From contig OY759729.1 of assembly GCA_963662585.1 (NCBI GenBank), positions 160,001 through 224,000 on the forward strand: 64,000 nucleotides of DNA, in the 5' to 3' direction. This DNA comes from Candidatus Cloacimonadales bacterium (lineage in GTDB: Bacteria; Cloacimonadota; Cloacimonadia; Cloacimonadales; JAFGVF01). Positions within the stretch are counted from its first letter, which is position 1. Each line of letters opens with the position of its first letter. Made by a program: the position numbers and the translations under genes. The notes beneath the pieces were generated by a model. That model was not told the DNA's origin. It made no database searches and saw nothing but the letters and a program-made list of their open reading frames with translations. Of the stretch, positions 30,301 through 39,922 are shown one piece after another.

Positions 30301-31377
30301 AATATGGCTTTTTTCTGTTCTATCAAATATTTCGAAAGTATTTAATAAACCAAGCCAAAGATCGTGATAGGCTTGCTCTTCTAAAAAGTTTCGGTCAGCT
30401 TTTTTTCTTAAAGCAGAGACACTATAGAAATCATAATATAAATCTATAATTTTTTTATCTGTATCTTCTGGGAATATCAGCTTTCTCTCTTCAATAACCA
30501 GCAAAAATAAGATTCTATAGATTAAGTTAAGTAAGTCTCGATAGAATTTATCACTATCTAAAGTTCCCGAGTTGATTAAAGCTATTAAACTTTCATTTTT
30601 AGGGTAAGAGAGAAAACCACTTGCAAGTTCTTTTAAAGCAGATTCCACAGCTTGAGATAGACTGTCTCTAATTCTTGTGCCGGACTCTAAAGAATCTTGA
30701 TGATAGTCTTCAATTAAAGATTCGGCACTGCTGTCAATATCCTTAGGCATTCTAGTAGCATGTAATAATCGAAAGAGAAGAGCAAAATCAGCAAAGAGGT
30801 TTTCTTCAAATATCTTTTGTAAATCAAACTCTAAGTAGGAGATATTTATTAATCTGGTGGAGTCCCTTAGCAATCTGAGTTGGTTTCCATTAGTTATCAT
30901 CCCATAAAGATGTCCTGAGAGATTTAAATACTCTTGCATAAGGGCATGAGGTGACATGCGTGGACCACCAGAAACTCTTTTTTTATCAAGATCATCTCTG
31001 AATCCCATAATATGAACAGGGAAATCTTTTAATCTATTGTCTTTATGACTAATAGCATAGCTGTGTTCATTAATTGTTTGAGCTCTGCTTATCTCTAAGT
31101 TATAACCAATTAAACTAAGAAAAGGTAAAATAAAAGAATTACGGGTTTGGGTAGTTCCTGTTTCACTCTCTTTAACTTTAGTCTGTTGATAAGTAAAATT
31201 TGAATAGAGTGCATTAGCACTAGCCCAAGCTCTGTTAATTTCATCTTTCACTGATGCTTTTTTAGGCAAATCAAAATCTTGAGCTTTTTGTCCTTTAAAT
31301 TCACTTTCAACAGCAATTTTTTCTAAAATATCAGACAGGAAGATTGAACCTTGTATTGTAATTGATGGATAATTCAT
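27361..31377 (-). CDS. Type IIG/Eco57I-like N6-adenine DNA methyltransferase with TRD (DrmMI-like)
   Basis: LNVEEFGSVYEGLLE, SGSHYTP, DVACGSGHIL (SAM-binding), IYGVDLNP, GFDVILGNPPF (catalytic), C-terminal TRD. Confidence 0.93.
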   Translation of the reverse strand: MNYPSITIQGSIFLSDILEKIAVESEFKGQKAQDFDLPKKASVKDEINRAWASANALYSNFTYQQTKVKESETGTTQTRNSFILPFLSLIGYNLEISRAQTINEHSYAISHKDNRLKDFPVHIMGFRDDLDKKRVSGGPRMSPHALMQEYLNLSGHLYGMITNGNQLRLLRDSTRLINISYLEFDLQKIFEENLFADFALLFRLLHATRMPKDIDSSAESLIEDYHQDSLESGTRIRDSLSQAVESALKELASGFLSYPKNESLIALINSGTLDSDKFYRDLLNLIYRILFLLVIEERKLIFPEDTDKKIIDLYYDFYSVSALRKKADRNFLEEQAYHDLWLGLLNTFEIFDRTEKSHIMNIEPLGGDIFIATAIGKLHDSLISNSALLTSIRKLSFFFDKETKQKIRVNYGGLNVEEFGSVYEGLLEYSGDFNLSSNPIKFNLVKSSERASSGSHYTPDELVKPLIDNSLEHIIEDKLKEANPEEELLSITVCDVACGSGHILLNAARRIAYELAKVRSGEAQPTPSQARIATRDVISSCIYGVDLNPMAVKLCKIALWLEAHVPGQALHFLDNKIKCGNAIVGLAHAKDLDQGIADEAFKKLTGDDKDICKELRDRNKKEKKNYDPSQTTLFHKMDSIAQKFARLNSMPENNPSQIKEKESFYKEIIEKEDWLELKVLADVITAQFFIEKTKDNEKMFMTDSSYRTLYNGNNIFYQAVGKAQAVSQNKRFFHWFLEFPEIFAQNGFDVILGNPPFLGGQRITGNYGNDFANYIRTNYAPIGSVDLVTYFFRRIYTLIKPLGFQALISTNTIAQGAAREGGLAVINEKGGSINFAIRNRRWPGLAAVEVSLISIYKGQWKSNYILDKKPVQQITSYLDDSVFIGEPYQLEQNKDKSFQGSIVLGDGFVLTPEKAQELIKQNPANKKVIFPYLNGKDLNTSIDQSPNRYVINFFDWPLRRITQEEWDELSGKEQLEIQDKIKKDKNIVLAPPDYSDPVAKDFPECLEILKEKVKPERDKLNPEANSTNKKRNTFWWQYGADSKALYQTIASLERVMVVSQTGKLLMVDFINTNIVISMMCIVFTFYRYIQYSILSSLLHNEWAWKNGSTLESRLRYIPTSIFQTFPFPQSLSEEMEAKLEKIGEQYHLFRQELMQKLQLGLTKTYNQFHNPLVNNDLLAISLEVELDYHALTNKLFQKKYNKVLYELVHHLAKTEKACDLQTAISGIIELRKLHKEMDELVLTGYGWSDEAGDEKPIDLAHDFYDVDYLPENDRIRYTISPEARKEVLERLLLLNHKIHEEEEKAKLDMSLKETTVSYKKNKKSKKKKVEDEVEIEWE

Positions 31378-31388
31378 GATGACTCCTT

Positions 31389-34193
31389 TTACTTCTTCTC
31401 AATCTCAGGGATTAAAATATAAATTCCCATCAGATCCATAGGTAATACTGGTTCGACAGGTGTGTAGTGTTTACCCCCTGCAGCCTTTCTGAACCTTTCA
31501 TGAGCATCAACTAATTTATGAGCTCTTTCAATAGCAAGTTTATCAATAATAGCTTTATTTTCAGCAATCATTTCTAGCTCTGGTTCGATAAAAGCCCAAT
31601 CTGCATAAGAACTTTGATTTGAAGTTGACTGAACAGTATATAGCAGATGTTGAGCATCTTCGTGAGTAAGAATATTGTTATCAGACATATTACCTTTATA
31701 AGCCCATAATAATATCTCTTCTGCCACAATCCTTTTCTTGCTCCGTACTTCCTCAATAACATTACGAACGCGATAAACAATAAGACTTGTCTTGATAGCA
31801 ACATCTTTAGTTCTGACAAGACTTGCCCTGGCTATACCATATTGAGGTTGACCAGAAATTGAGTCTGCCAAAATCATTCTACTTAAAGATTCAACTAAGG
31901 GGTGTGCTCTGCCAATATAGGTATGGTTAGGAGGGGTTGGGGAAGCAAAACTTATATTTATTTTTGTTTCTTGAGGTAAAACATATTTCAAGCTGTGAGA
32001 TAGGTTTGTAGTTTCTAAAACGAAACCTTGATTAGTTTTGATCAATTTAGAGTTAAAAAGTTGGATAGCATATTTAACAAATGATTCAACATTATCTTGA
32101 GAGCCAATTATCAAATCAATACTTTTAAGGTCACTTTCAATCTCATTAACTTTAATTGCATTTTGAGCAAAGATATCCCTAGTTGCTTTTTGCATATCTT
32201 TAGCTTCTTCAATTTTTTTAGAAACTTCCAAAGAATGGTCAATCCCAAAACTAATTACTTGCTGTTGATCTTTATTTTGTAATTCAATAAATTCATTCAT
32301 AATTGTATCAATCAGAGACTTGCTATCTTCAGGGAAGGCAACCGTTATGCCTATAGATCTACGAATATCTCTAATCTTTTTGATGAGAACTTTTAAAACT
32401 ATTTCATCAATAGGATTATCTTCACAATAGATTAGAATAGATTCAACTTTGGGTGCAGTCTGTCCATACCTGTCAATTCTTCCTTCTCTCTGTTCTAATC
32501 TGTTAGGATTCCAAGGTAGGTCATAATGTAATACAGCTGTAAATTGATCTTGAAGGTTAATTCCTTCACTTAAACAATCTGTGGCTATTAGTACTTTTTG
32601 AGAATGGCTCTTCATTCCATCAATAATCTCTTTTCTTACTTCATCAGGTGATTCTGAGCTTATCACCTGAATCTCTAATTTAGGAAACTCTTTCGCTAAC
32701 CACTCTTTGAATCTGTCACCTAAATAGTGAGCAGTTGAGATAAAACGGCAAAATACAACAGGATTAAAATCTTTTTCTAACCATTCTCTTACTTTCTCAG
32801 TAGCAAATTGAGCCTTATAATCTTCTTGGATATCTAATTCGGATATTCTTTTAGTGAATTCTGTTAATTTCCTTTTTTGATAATCACTCCACTGGGCTGA
32901 GTTGAGAGAATTAGTCGGATTAAAATCAGGATTGTAATAATCTCCATCAAACACTTCATAAGAGAGATCATCATTTTCAGCAAATTTACTATTTGCTAAT
33001 CTGTTTTTTAGCATACTTAAGGCTGTGCTTGGACTAGAGGAGAAACCTCTCAGAAGTGATAAAGCTGACCAATATTTGAATTTATATCCTCTATCATCTT
33101 TATCAAAAGTTTGATTTAAAAGAAAGTTGGAAAAATCATTGAAGAAAGCCTTGTAAGAATCTGTCATTTTAAATGGTAGTTCATCGATTGATCTTTCAGG
33201 GAAAGGTGTATCTTCGTTCATCCATTTAGTAACATCTGCTCTTCTTCTTTGCACAAAATTATTTGCTAATCTCTTTCTCTCAATTTGTGAGATATTGGTA
33301 AAATCTGTATCTTTATAGCGAATATCTATATGACCTAAGAGAGAATTAAATTGCTCTTTTTTCCCACTGTGAGGAGTTGCTGTTAGCAATATTAAGTTTT
33401 GCTCTTTTTTTTCAGCAATTTGTCTAACCAAATTATATCTCTGGTGCTGACTACTATTAGAAAGATTGGATATCGTACAAGTATGAGCTTCATCTACAAT
33501 AACTAGTTCTGGACAGTCATTAAGAAAAGTATTTATGCGTGTATCACTTTTGATATAATCAATTGAAATTACTTGATAAGGATAATGTTTATAGACGCTG
33601 GTATCCCTGTAGCCCATTTCCCGATCTAACTTGGTTTGCGTATTTGATCTTATTATCACAGCATCAATCCCAAATTTATCTTTTAGCTCAGCTTGCCATT
33701 GTTCACAGAGCTGAGGAGGTGTGATAATAGCAAATCTCTCAATTTCTCTTCTCTCAAGTAACTCCTTGACTATTAGCAATGATTCAATAGTCTTACCAAT
33801 CCCGACATCATCTGCGATGAGGAGTCGAATATTATCATTCTGTTTTAAGGCCATTATTAATGGTATTAACTGATAAGACCTGGGTCTAAAAGCTAACTTA
33901 GCTAAGCTTCTGAAAGGTCCTGAAGCACTTCTGAACCCTAATCTAGTAGCATCATAAAGTAATTTGGCTGTAGCAAAATCACCAACATCTTTCATCTCTA
34001 ATTGAGGATAAGCTGAAAGTTCTCTTTTATCACTATTGAACTTTAGAGGAAGATAAACTCCCGTAATATCAGAATCTACCCCATCTAAAGGTTTTAGTAA
34101 AGTAATATCTTTATCTAATTCAGGTAAGACAATCCAATCTCGATCCCTAAATCTGACTATTGTACCTGGCGCATGTTTTATTTCATTATTCAT
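31389..34193 (-). CDS. SNF2-family helicase (DrmD-like)
   Basis: RLLIADDVGIGKTIES, VDEAH, LTATPHSG, SEGINLQ, DLPWNPNRLEQREGRIDRYGQ. Confidence 0.93.
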   Translation of the reverse strand: MNNEIKHAPGTIVRFRDRDWIVLPELDKDITLLKPLDGVDSDITGVYLPLKFNSDKRELSAYPQLEMKDVGDFATAKLLYDATRLGFRSASGPFRSLAKLAFRPRSYQLIPLIMALKQNDNIRLLIADDVGIGKTIESLLIVKELLERREIERFAIITPPQLCEQWQAELKDKFGIDAVIIRSNTQTKLDREMGYRDTSVYKHYPYQVISIDYIKSDTRINTFLNDCPELVIVDEAHTCTISNLSNSSQHQRYNLVRQIAEKKEQNLILLTATPHSGKKEQFNSLLGHIDIRYKDTDFTNISQIERKRLANNFVQRRRADVTKWMNEDTPFPERSIDELPFKMTDSYKAFFNDFSNFLLNQTFDKDDRGYKFKYWSALSLLRGFSSSPSTALSMLKNRLANSKFAENDDLSYEVFDGDYYNPDFNPTNSLNSAQWSDYQKRKLTEFTKRISELDIQEDYKAQFATEKVREWLEKDFNPVVFCRFISTAHYLGDRFKEWLAKEFPKLEIQVISSESPDEVRKEIIDGMKSHSQKVLIATDCLSEGINLQDQFTAVLHYDLPWNPNRLEQREGRIDRYGQTAPKVESILIYCEDNPIDEIVLKVLIKKIRDIRRSIGITVAFPEDSKSLIDTIMNEFIELQNKDQQQVISFGIDHSLEVSKKIEEAKDMQKATRDIFAQNAIKVNEIESDLKSIDLIIGSQDNVESFVKYAIQLFNSKLIKTNQGFVLETTNLSHSLKYVLPQETKINISFASPTPPNHTYIGRAHPLVESLSRMILADSISGQPQYGIARASLVRTKDVAIKTSLIVYRVRNVIEEVRSKKRIVAEEILLWAYKGNMSDNNILTHEDAQHLLYTVQSTSNQSSYADWAFIEPELEMIAENKAIIDKLAIERAHKLVDAHERFRKAAGGKHYTPVEPVLPMDLMGIYILIPEIEKK

Positions 34194-34202
34194 ATTAAAT
34201 CC

Positions 34203-37200
34203 TTATTTCTTAACTTGATAGAATATATCGGGACGCTTCTTCACAAGCTCCTCTAACTTCTCTTGATAATAATAAACAACTATATCATAGCCTAAATTGC
34301 GTAAGGCACTTCTCTGCTCCTTATCTTTTGCTTTAATATCTTCTCTATCATGGGGGCTTCCATCACAGAAAATAACCGTATTGGTCTCTGAATAATAGAA
34401 GTCAGGAACACAATAAAGTCCTGGGATATTTTTTTGAGCTATGTCTGGTAATTTAAGTCCATGTCTGTAGAGATATTTAATCAGATTTAATTCTGTTGCA
34501 GAGTTATCATCTAAGTGTTTTAATAGATAGTCATATTGGTCTTCATAGGAAGCATAGAGAGAATTACTCCTAATTTCCGGTTGGCACTTTAAAAGAGTGT
34601 TTAGGGTATCTTTAATCTCAAATCTATCAATCTTATCATGATACCTTTGATTGTAATAACTTAACAAGTCATCATAAGTTGCTGGAACTCCTTCATCTTT
34701 ATCAAACCTACAAACTTCGATTGCTTCAGCAATGACTTCAGTAAAAGTCTTAGCATCTTTAACAAATCTGGATAAAATACCTAAGCTCCCTTCAGACGAT
34801 TCATAAATCATAATATTTGGTTTTTCAGAAACTCCCATAAGAGTAGAACCAATTTCATTTGACTCTGCATGGAAATAGTTTTCTATTGCTTTTTTAATAG
34901 CATACTGTAAAGTGATAATCCCTGAATCAGATAAGGCTAAAGCTTCCATAGGCTGAATATAAAGCGCATCAGTCGTAATATTGGTGAATAGCTTGACATT
35001 TCTGAACTTTCTTTGGTCAATTTCTCTATTTTGATTCTCTTTATCATCTGCTCTCGATTTCCATAAGCCAGATTCCAAATCAATTATAAATCCCTCTTCA
35101 TCACTATTCTTAACCCATCTATGGTTGATATAATAGAGATTAGCAGTAGGGATAAAGTGAATTCTGATAAGAGTCTGATTATCCTTATTGATGAGAATCT
35201 CTTTTACTGCATCTCTACGATCAGGATTAGAGAAGTAACACTGAATGTGGTATCCTTGCGAGGTCCTTATCTCCTCTTCACAAGATATTCGTTGTGTAAT
35301 CTCAGCATAAGTCTCCCCTGCTTCAATAAGATTACTGATTACTTCTACATTCTCAGCATCCAAGTTTTGGTTTGTGATAGGACAGTTATTCATCGTAAGA
35401 TCATTCTCCCAGAAAATGTAGCCACTGCTAGTGCTTACTTTTACTTTTTGAAGTTTGTTCTCAATATCAAGCATTGATATCTTCTTAATCTTATACTTAT
35501 TCCCATTATGATAAATCATATTACCAGGTCCAAATTCTCTTAAGGCAATAGAGCGAGGTCTGGATAGATATTTACCATCATTTCCATTGGTAAGGAATGA
35601 CCTCAAAGGTAATCTTGTGAAGTTATAACCTGGTAAAAATCCTTCTGCTGCAAGATATCTATAAGGATAAAATTCAGAAAAACTGTTATTACGATCTTCA
35701 TTACGAAGCACTTTTAGAAGATTCCCAGCTAATCTTTGATTTCTTTCTGCTTCTTTCCAAATAGGTGATTTTGAAGAGTAGAGACCACTTCCTGTAGTCA
35801 TATTAGCTCTGTTAATCTGCTCGTTAGCATTCCTATCCATATTCTCCCAGCGAGAAAGCACTTTGATAAATTCATTTTTGAAACTATCTATTGTTGCTAT
35901 AATCCATTCATCACTAATAACTAATTCAGCATTATCAATACCAGAAATTATTAATTTATATTGTTTTATAACTTCATTTTTATCTAACTCACTTAACTTC
36001 AAATTATCCAAAACATCAGCTTTTAATTCATAACGCATTTGCTCATCATGTTCATATAAATCAAAAAGACTATTGTTTAGATTCAGATTACACTTAGCTA
36101 TCAACAAAGCATGAAGGTGAGTTTTTAACATATCCGCATTATTGAGTTCAATATTAGGCACTTGCACTTTTCCTGCTACCATATCAACAGAATTTCTGTA
36201 ATAGTGCCGATCATGAGGAGAGAAAGTAGAGCAAGAGGTAAAGACTAAAGCAGCAGATCCACTTCTACCTGCACGACCAGACCTCTGGGCATAATTAGCT
36301 GGATTCGGGGGAACATTTCTCATGTGAACAACATTTAAAGAAGAAATATCAATCCCTAGCTCCATGGTTGGGGAACAATATAGAGCAGAGATTAATCCAT
36401 TTCTAAATTTTTCTTCCCGATCTTGTCTTTGTTCATTATCAATTTGACCTGTATGTTCTGAAGCTAAATAAATTTTATGATTAGAGAGATTTGATGTGTA
36501 GAGTTTTTTAAAAAAATGATTCGTCTTAAATTCACGGTTTTTTATGCGGTTATGCTTAATAATATCTAATTCATAACTCTGTCTGTCAGTATGTTCCCAG
36601 ATAATTGAAGATAGTTTTAACTGGTAAGTTTTTATCTGTTCTTTTTTACTATTAGTTATTACTGTTGACTCCAACCAATTAGCATTTTCAAAAGTAGAAA
36701 ATATATTCTCCACAATTATTTGGTAGTTCTCTTTATTAACAACTATCTCTTTGTCTTTAAGAAGCTGGAGAAGATATTTTCCAAACCTACTACTATAGCC
36801 TGCGGATACATAATGCTCAGTATTTTTTTTCCCAACAGGATGAATATGGATATAAGTTGGCTCCATTATCTTTTCATCTTCATCTAAAGTCCAAGGAGCA
36901 ATCTTTAGTTTTTCTCTTATAGCTTTTGTATTTTCATCAATTTTATCTTTCGATAAATATGTTCTATCACAAAGAGAATATGATTTCCTAAAGAAATCTA
37001 AAATTTGGAAAGTAATATTTTTCCTTTCTTCAAGATTGAAATGATTCCAAAAGAGAGGATCTTCCCACATATCATCAAACTCGCAGTTTTCATCAAGATG
37101 AGTAAAGGCTATTTTGAGTAAGCCACATTGCTCTAGGTTGGGTAAGATGACTCTCCAACTTCTTCTTAAATCATAGAGTAATTTGTACATTATCAGGAGT

Positions 37201-39245
37201 TGTAATTTTTCTTCAATATCTCTCTGCACAGCAGGGAAAACTTTTTCTTTGCCTGAATAATCGTAGTAAGATAGATATAAGCTTTTTGTTACTTCTTTGG
37301 CTATCACTGTTGAATCTAATTTTCTCTTCCTTTTTAGAGCATCATATATAGCTGAGCGTAACCTAACTACAAAGTAGAAATCATTAAAATGACCTGCTTG
37401 TAATGAGGCATCTTGTCTATTATCTGTAAAGCTTAGTAATTTTTTTTCTTGATCAGGGATTGATTCAATACTATTTAAGTTACTTAAAATAGAATAAGTT
37501 AACATTGTTGTAGATGTACTTCTACCTTCAGAACCTAACCTAGTAACTTTTGTCATTTCACTAGTTCTTACATCATAAACAGTACCACAGGAAGGATCTA
37601 ATAAAAAACCAACAGGAAGAAATAAACCTTCGATTTGTGATTTTTCTCTAAATGAATAGAAACCATTTTTATTAAAGAAAATCTCTTTAGGGATATGATT
37701 CTTTTTATCAGTTTTGATTGAGAACTTACCTGATTTTAGTTCATTTTTCCATGTTTCGGGTATCATGTCAGCAATTTCATCCCCATCGTAGTCTTCTGTA
37801 AAGGGTAGAATATAACCAGCAATTTGATCTTCTATATCTTGATTATCTTCAAATTCTCTAGGGATTATCTTGCCTTGAGCTTGATCCAATCTTACGCAGA
37901 AAAACTCTTTACCTGAGTATCTACTAAACACGATTGGAAAGACAGGCAAAGAATCTTTTTGGCGAAGAGGTTCTAAAGTAGGATTACTCAAATCTAAATA
38001 GGAATGTACTAGTCCGGTTTGGGAGATAAACTGATGTATTTTAAAAGGTAATAATTGTTTCTCTGAATTTCTGTCAGAGTTATATTTGGATAACAGAACT
38101 AGGAATTCTTCAATTTTCTGCTTACACAGGTCTATGTCATTTCCTGTTAAATTAGCTAATTCATTTGATATCTGTTCCATAGTTAAAGGTCTATTTCTAA
38201 TTAATAAATTATCTTCCTCGGTAAGAGCAATGTTATCTTCCAACCAAATACCTAAAGGATTACTCTGAAAATCATTATCGCTTGGATTATTTTCATTTTT
38301 CAGATATTGGTTAAGTTTATCTTTTATTTTAGTATCAGAATTAAAGCTCTTCTCTAAAAACTCGTTTACTATTTGTTGAGCAGTAATCTCTTTTCCAAAG
38401 ATTTTAGAGGCAAATTCAGCGACAATTCTATTTTTATCTTGGGTATTTTCGCCAGATGCCATAGTTGCAGAAGTACCTATACAGATAACATTATTGCTTG
38501 TAGAATGAGTTATTCTTCTGATTAACATAGCAACATCAGCACCCTGCCTACCTCGATAAGTATGCAATTCATCAAAAACTAAATATTGAATATTCCTAAA
38601 TATATTCTTTTTAAGTTGTTTTTCGCGAGGCCTGGTTAAAATAAGTTCTAACATCATGTAGTTAGTTAAAATAATATGGGGAGGATTGTTATGTATCTTT
38701 TCTCTCTCTTCCTGACTCTCCTGTCCTGTATATTTTTTGGCAGAAATAGGAAATTTATTGCCTGTTCTCTCTTCATAACTCATTTTATATTTATTAATCT
38801 CTTCTTCTTGAGAATTAATCAAGGCATTCATCGGATAAACTAAGACAGCATTCACAACTCCATCTTGTCTGTTGTTAAGAATATAATTAAAAACTGTTGC
38901 AAGAAATGTAATTGATTTACCAGAACCAGTACCAGAAGTAACAATAAAATCTTTATCATTTATTCCAAGCTTAATAGCCTCGATCTGATGTCTGTAAAGT
39001 GGGAAGTTTATTATCTTGTGTAGTGTGGGATTAACTTGATTTGCTAATTCTGAATTATTAATTTCTCCGCTTATCTCAAAAGAAGGATTAAATTGAATAA
39101 GTGGCTTTTTCCAAAAAGAACCTTCATCAAATTTTTCCTTAACATAACTTGCAAGATCCTTATTCTCTATGTTTAAAAAACTTTCAATATAGTCACGATA
39201 ATCTTTCATTATATTTCGGTGAATATCAAAAAGATTTTCTTTCAT
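34203..39245 (-). CDS. Giant SF2 DEAD/DEAH helicase of YprA/DrmA-DrmB/DruE type with DUF1998-like and C-terminal Vsr/DUF559-like nuclease domains
   Basis: SGTGSGKS, YPMNALINSQ, DELHTYRG, GTSAT, FTDNRQDA, SPTMELGIDI, YAQRSGRAGR; YESSEGSLG...LLSYYNQ; PDFYY..IFCDGSPHD; probable start MKENLF at 39245 (ORF open to 39275). Confidence 0.92.
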   Translation of the reverse strand: MKENLFDIHRNIMKDYRDYIESFLNIENKDLASYVKEKFDEGSFWKKPLIQFNPSFEISGEINNSELANQVNPTLHKIINFPLYRHQIEAIKLGINDKDFIVTSGTGSGKSITFLATVFNYILNNRQDGVVNAVLVYPMNALINSQEEEINKYKMSYEERTGNKFPISAKKYTGQESQEEREKIHNNPPHIILTNYMMLELILTRPREKQLKKNIFRNIQYLVFDELHTYRGRQGADVAMLIRRITHSTSNNVICIGTSATMASGENTQDKNRIVAEFASKIFGKEITAQQIVNEFLEKSFNSDTKIKDKLNQYLKNENNPSDNDFQSNPLGIWLEDNIALTEEDNLLIRNRPLTMEQISNELANLTGNDIDLCKQKIEEFLVLLSKYNSDRNSEKQLLPFKIHQFISQTGLVHSYLDLSNPTLEPLRQKDSLPVFPIVFSRYSGKEFFCVRLDQAQGKIIPREFEDNQDIEDQIAGYILPFTEDYDGDEIADMIPETWKNELKSGKFSIKTDKKNHIPKEIFFNKNGFYSFREKSQIEGLFLPVGFLLDPSCGTVYDVRTSEMTKVTRLGSEGRSTSTTMLTYSILSNLNSIESIPDQEKKLLSFTDNRQDASLQAGHFNDFYFVVRLRSAIYDALKRKRKLDSTVIAKEVTKSLYLSYYDYSGKEKVFPAVQRDIEEKLQLLIMYKLLYDLRRSWRVILPNLEQCGLLKIAFTHLDENCEFDDMWEDPLFWNHFNLEERKNITFQILDFFRKSYSLCDRTYLSKDKIDENTKAIREKLKIAPWTLDEDEKIMEPTYIHIHPVGKKNTEHYVSAGYSSRFGKYLLQLLKDKEIVVNKENYQIIVENIFSTFENANWLESTVITNSKKEQIKTYQLKLSSIIWEHTDRQSYELDIIKHNRIKNREFKTNHFFKKLYTSNLSNHKIYLASEHTGQIDNEQRQDREEKFRNGLISALYCSPTMELGIDISSLNVVHMRNVPPNPANYAQRSGRAGRSGSAALVFTSCSTFSPHDRHYYRNSVDMVAGKVQVPNIELNNADMLKTHLHALLIAKCNLNLNNSLFDLYEHDEQMRYELKADVLDNLKLSELDKNEVIKQYKLIISGIDNAELVISDEWIIATIDSFKNEFIKVLSRWENMDRNANEQINRANMTTGSGLYSSKSPIWKEAERNQRLAGNLLKVLRNEDRNNSFSEFYPYRYLAAEGFLPGYNFTRLPLRSFLTNGNDGKYLSRPRSIALREFGPGNMIYHNGNKYKIKKISMLDIENKLQKVKVSTSSGYIFWENDLTMNNCPITNQNLDAENVEVISNLIEAGETYAEITQRISCEEEIRTSQGYHIQCYFSNPDRRDAVKEILINKDNQTLIRIHFIPTANLYYINHRWVKNSDEEGFIIDLESGLWKSRADDKENQNREIDQRKFRNVKLFTNITTDALYIQPMEALALSDSGIITLQYAIKKAIENYFHAESNEIGSTLMGVSEKPNIMIYESSEGSLGILSRFVKDAKTFTEVIAEAIEVCRFDKDEGVPATYDDLLSYYNQRYHDKIDRFEIKDTLNTLLKCQPEIRSNSLYASYEDQYDYLLKHLDDNSATELNLIKYLYRHGLKLPDIAQKNIPGLYCVPDFYYSETNTVIFCDGSPHDREDIKAKDKEQRSALRNLGYDIVVYYYQEKLEELVKKRPDIFYQVKK

Positions 39246-39305
39246 TCCAACCCCCTGAAAAGTACTATTTATCATTTATTTGAAAAAACATTTTAGCAAG
39301 TTAAT

Positions 39306-39311
39306 TGTCAA
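39306..39311 (-). promoter_or_regulatory. Probable -35 hexamer (TTGACA) of the helicase-SNF2-MTase operon
   Basis: Perfect TTGACA 36-66 nt upstream of the candidate starts; no canonical -10 at 17 nt. Confidence 0.35.
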
Positions 39312-39455
39312 GTTTTTTTTAAATTTACCTAGTATTTTTATTAAATAAGAGTGTATAAAAATTTATTCTAATTTTAGCTCCAGCATATAAAGGCAAGCTA
39401 TGGCAAAGAATCAAAGAACGATAACTTCTGTAGTTAGCATGAACAGTCACATCTA

Positions 39456-39805
39456 TTTAGGATATGGCGCCCTTCCAGGGCTATTTTCTGGTCGTGTCCT
39501 TAGGAGTGTCTTGCGAACACTCCCTATTATATGTTATCCCTCCGGGATTTAAGAGGTTTCTTCTCTAGTGTATGTTTTTTTTTAGGATATATCGCCCTTC
39601 CAGGGCTATTCTCTGGCCGTGTCCTTAGGAGTGTCTTGCGAACACTCCCTATTATATGTTATCCCCCCGGGATTTAAGAGGTTTCTTCTCTAGTGTATGC
39701 TATTTTTTTTGAATATGTCGCCCTTTCAGGGCTATTCTCTGGCCGTGTCCTTAGGAGTGTCTTGCGAACACTCCCTATTATATGTTATCCCTCCGGGATT
39801 TAAGA
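39456..39805. repeat. Tandem repeat, ~125-bp unit x ~2.8, three hairpins per unit
   Basis: CGCCCTT(C/T)CAGGGCT at 39468, 39593, 39719; GGAGTGT-CTTGCGA-ACACTCC and ATCCC-NNN-GGGAT in each unit. Confidence 0.95.
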
Positions 39806-39922
39806 TTGCTATTACTACTATAATGAAGAAAACAAGAATCTTAACCTATTCAATTCCCCTTTGATTGCTGAAGGCAAACTAAAAGTTTATAGACTATTTG
39901 GCAATTCACAGCGGAGAAAATC

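Noticed and set aside
24876..38268. Shadow ORFs 24876-25100, 31574-31819, 32097-32282, 35121-35477 and 38086-38268
   Set aside because: Fully nested in the NiCoT, SNF2 or helicase genes; no independent evidence
27361..39275. Canonical DISARM, BREX, Druantia or type I/III R-M assignment
   Set aside because: No DrmC or separate DrmB, no PglZ/BrxC, no other Dru genes, no HsdS or Res/Mod pair
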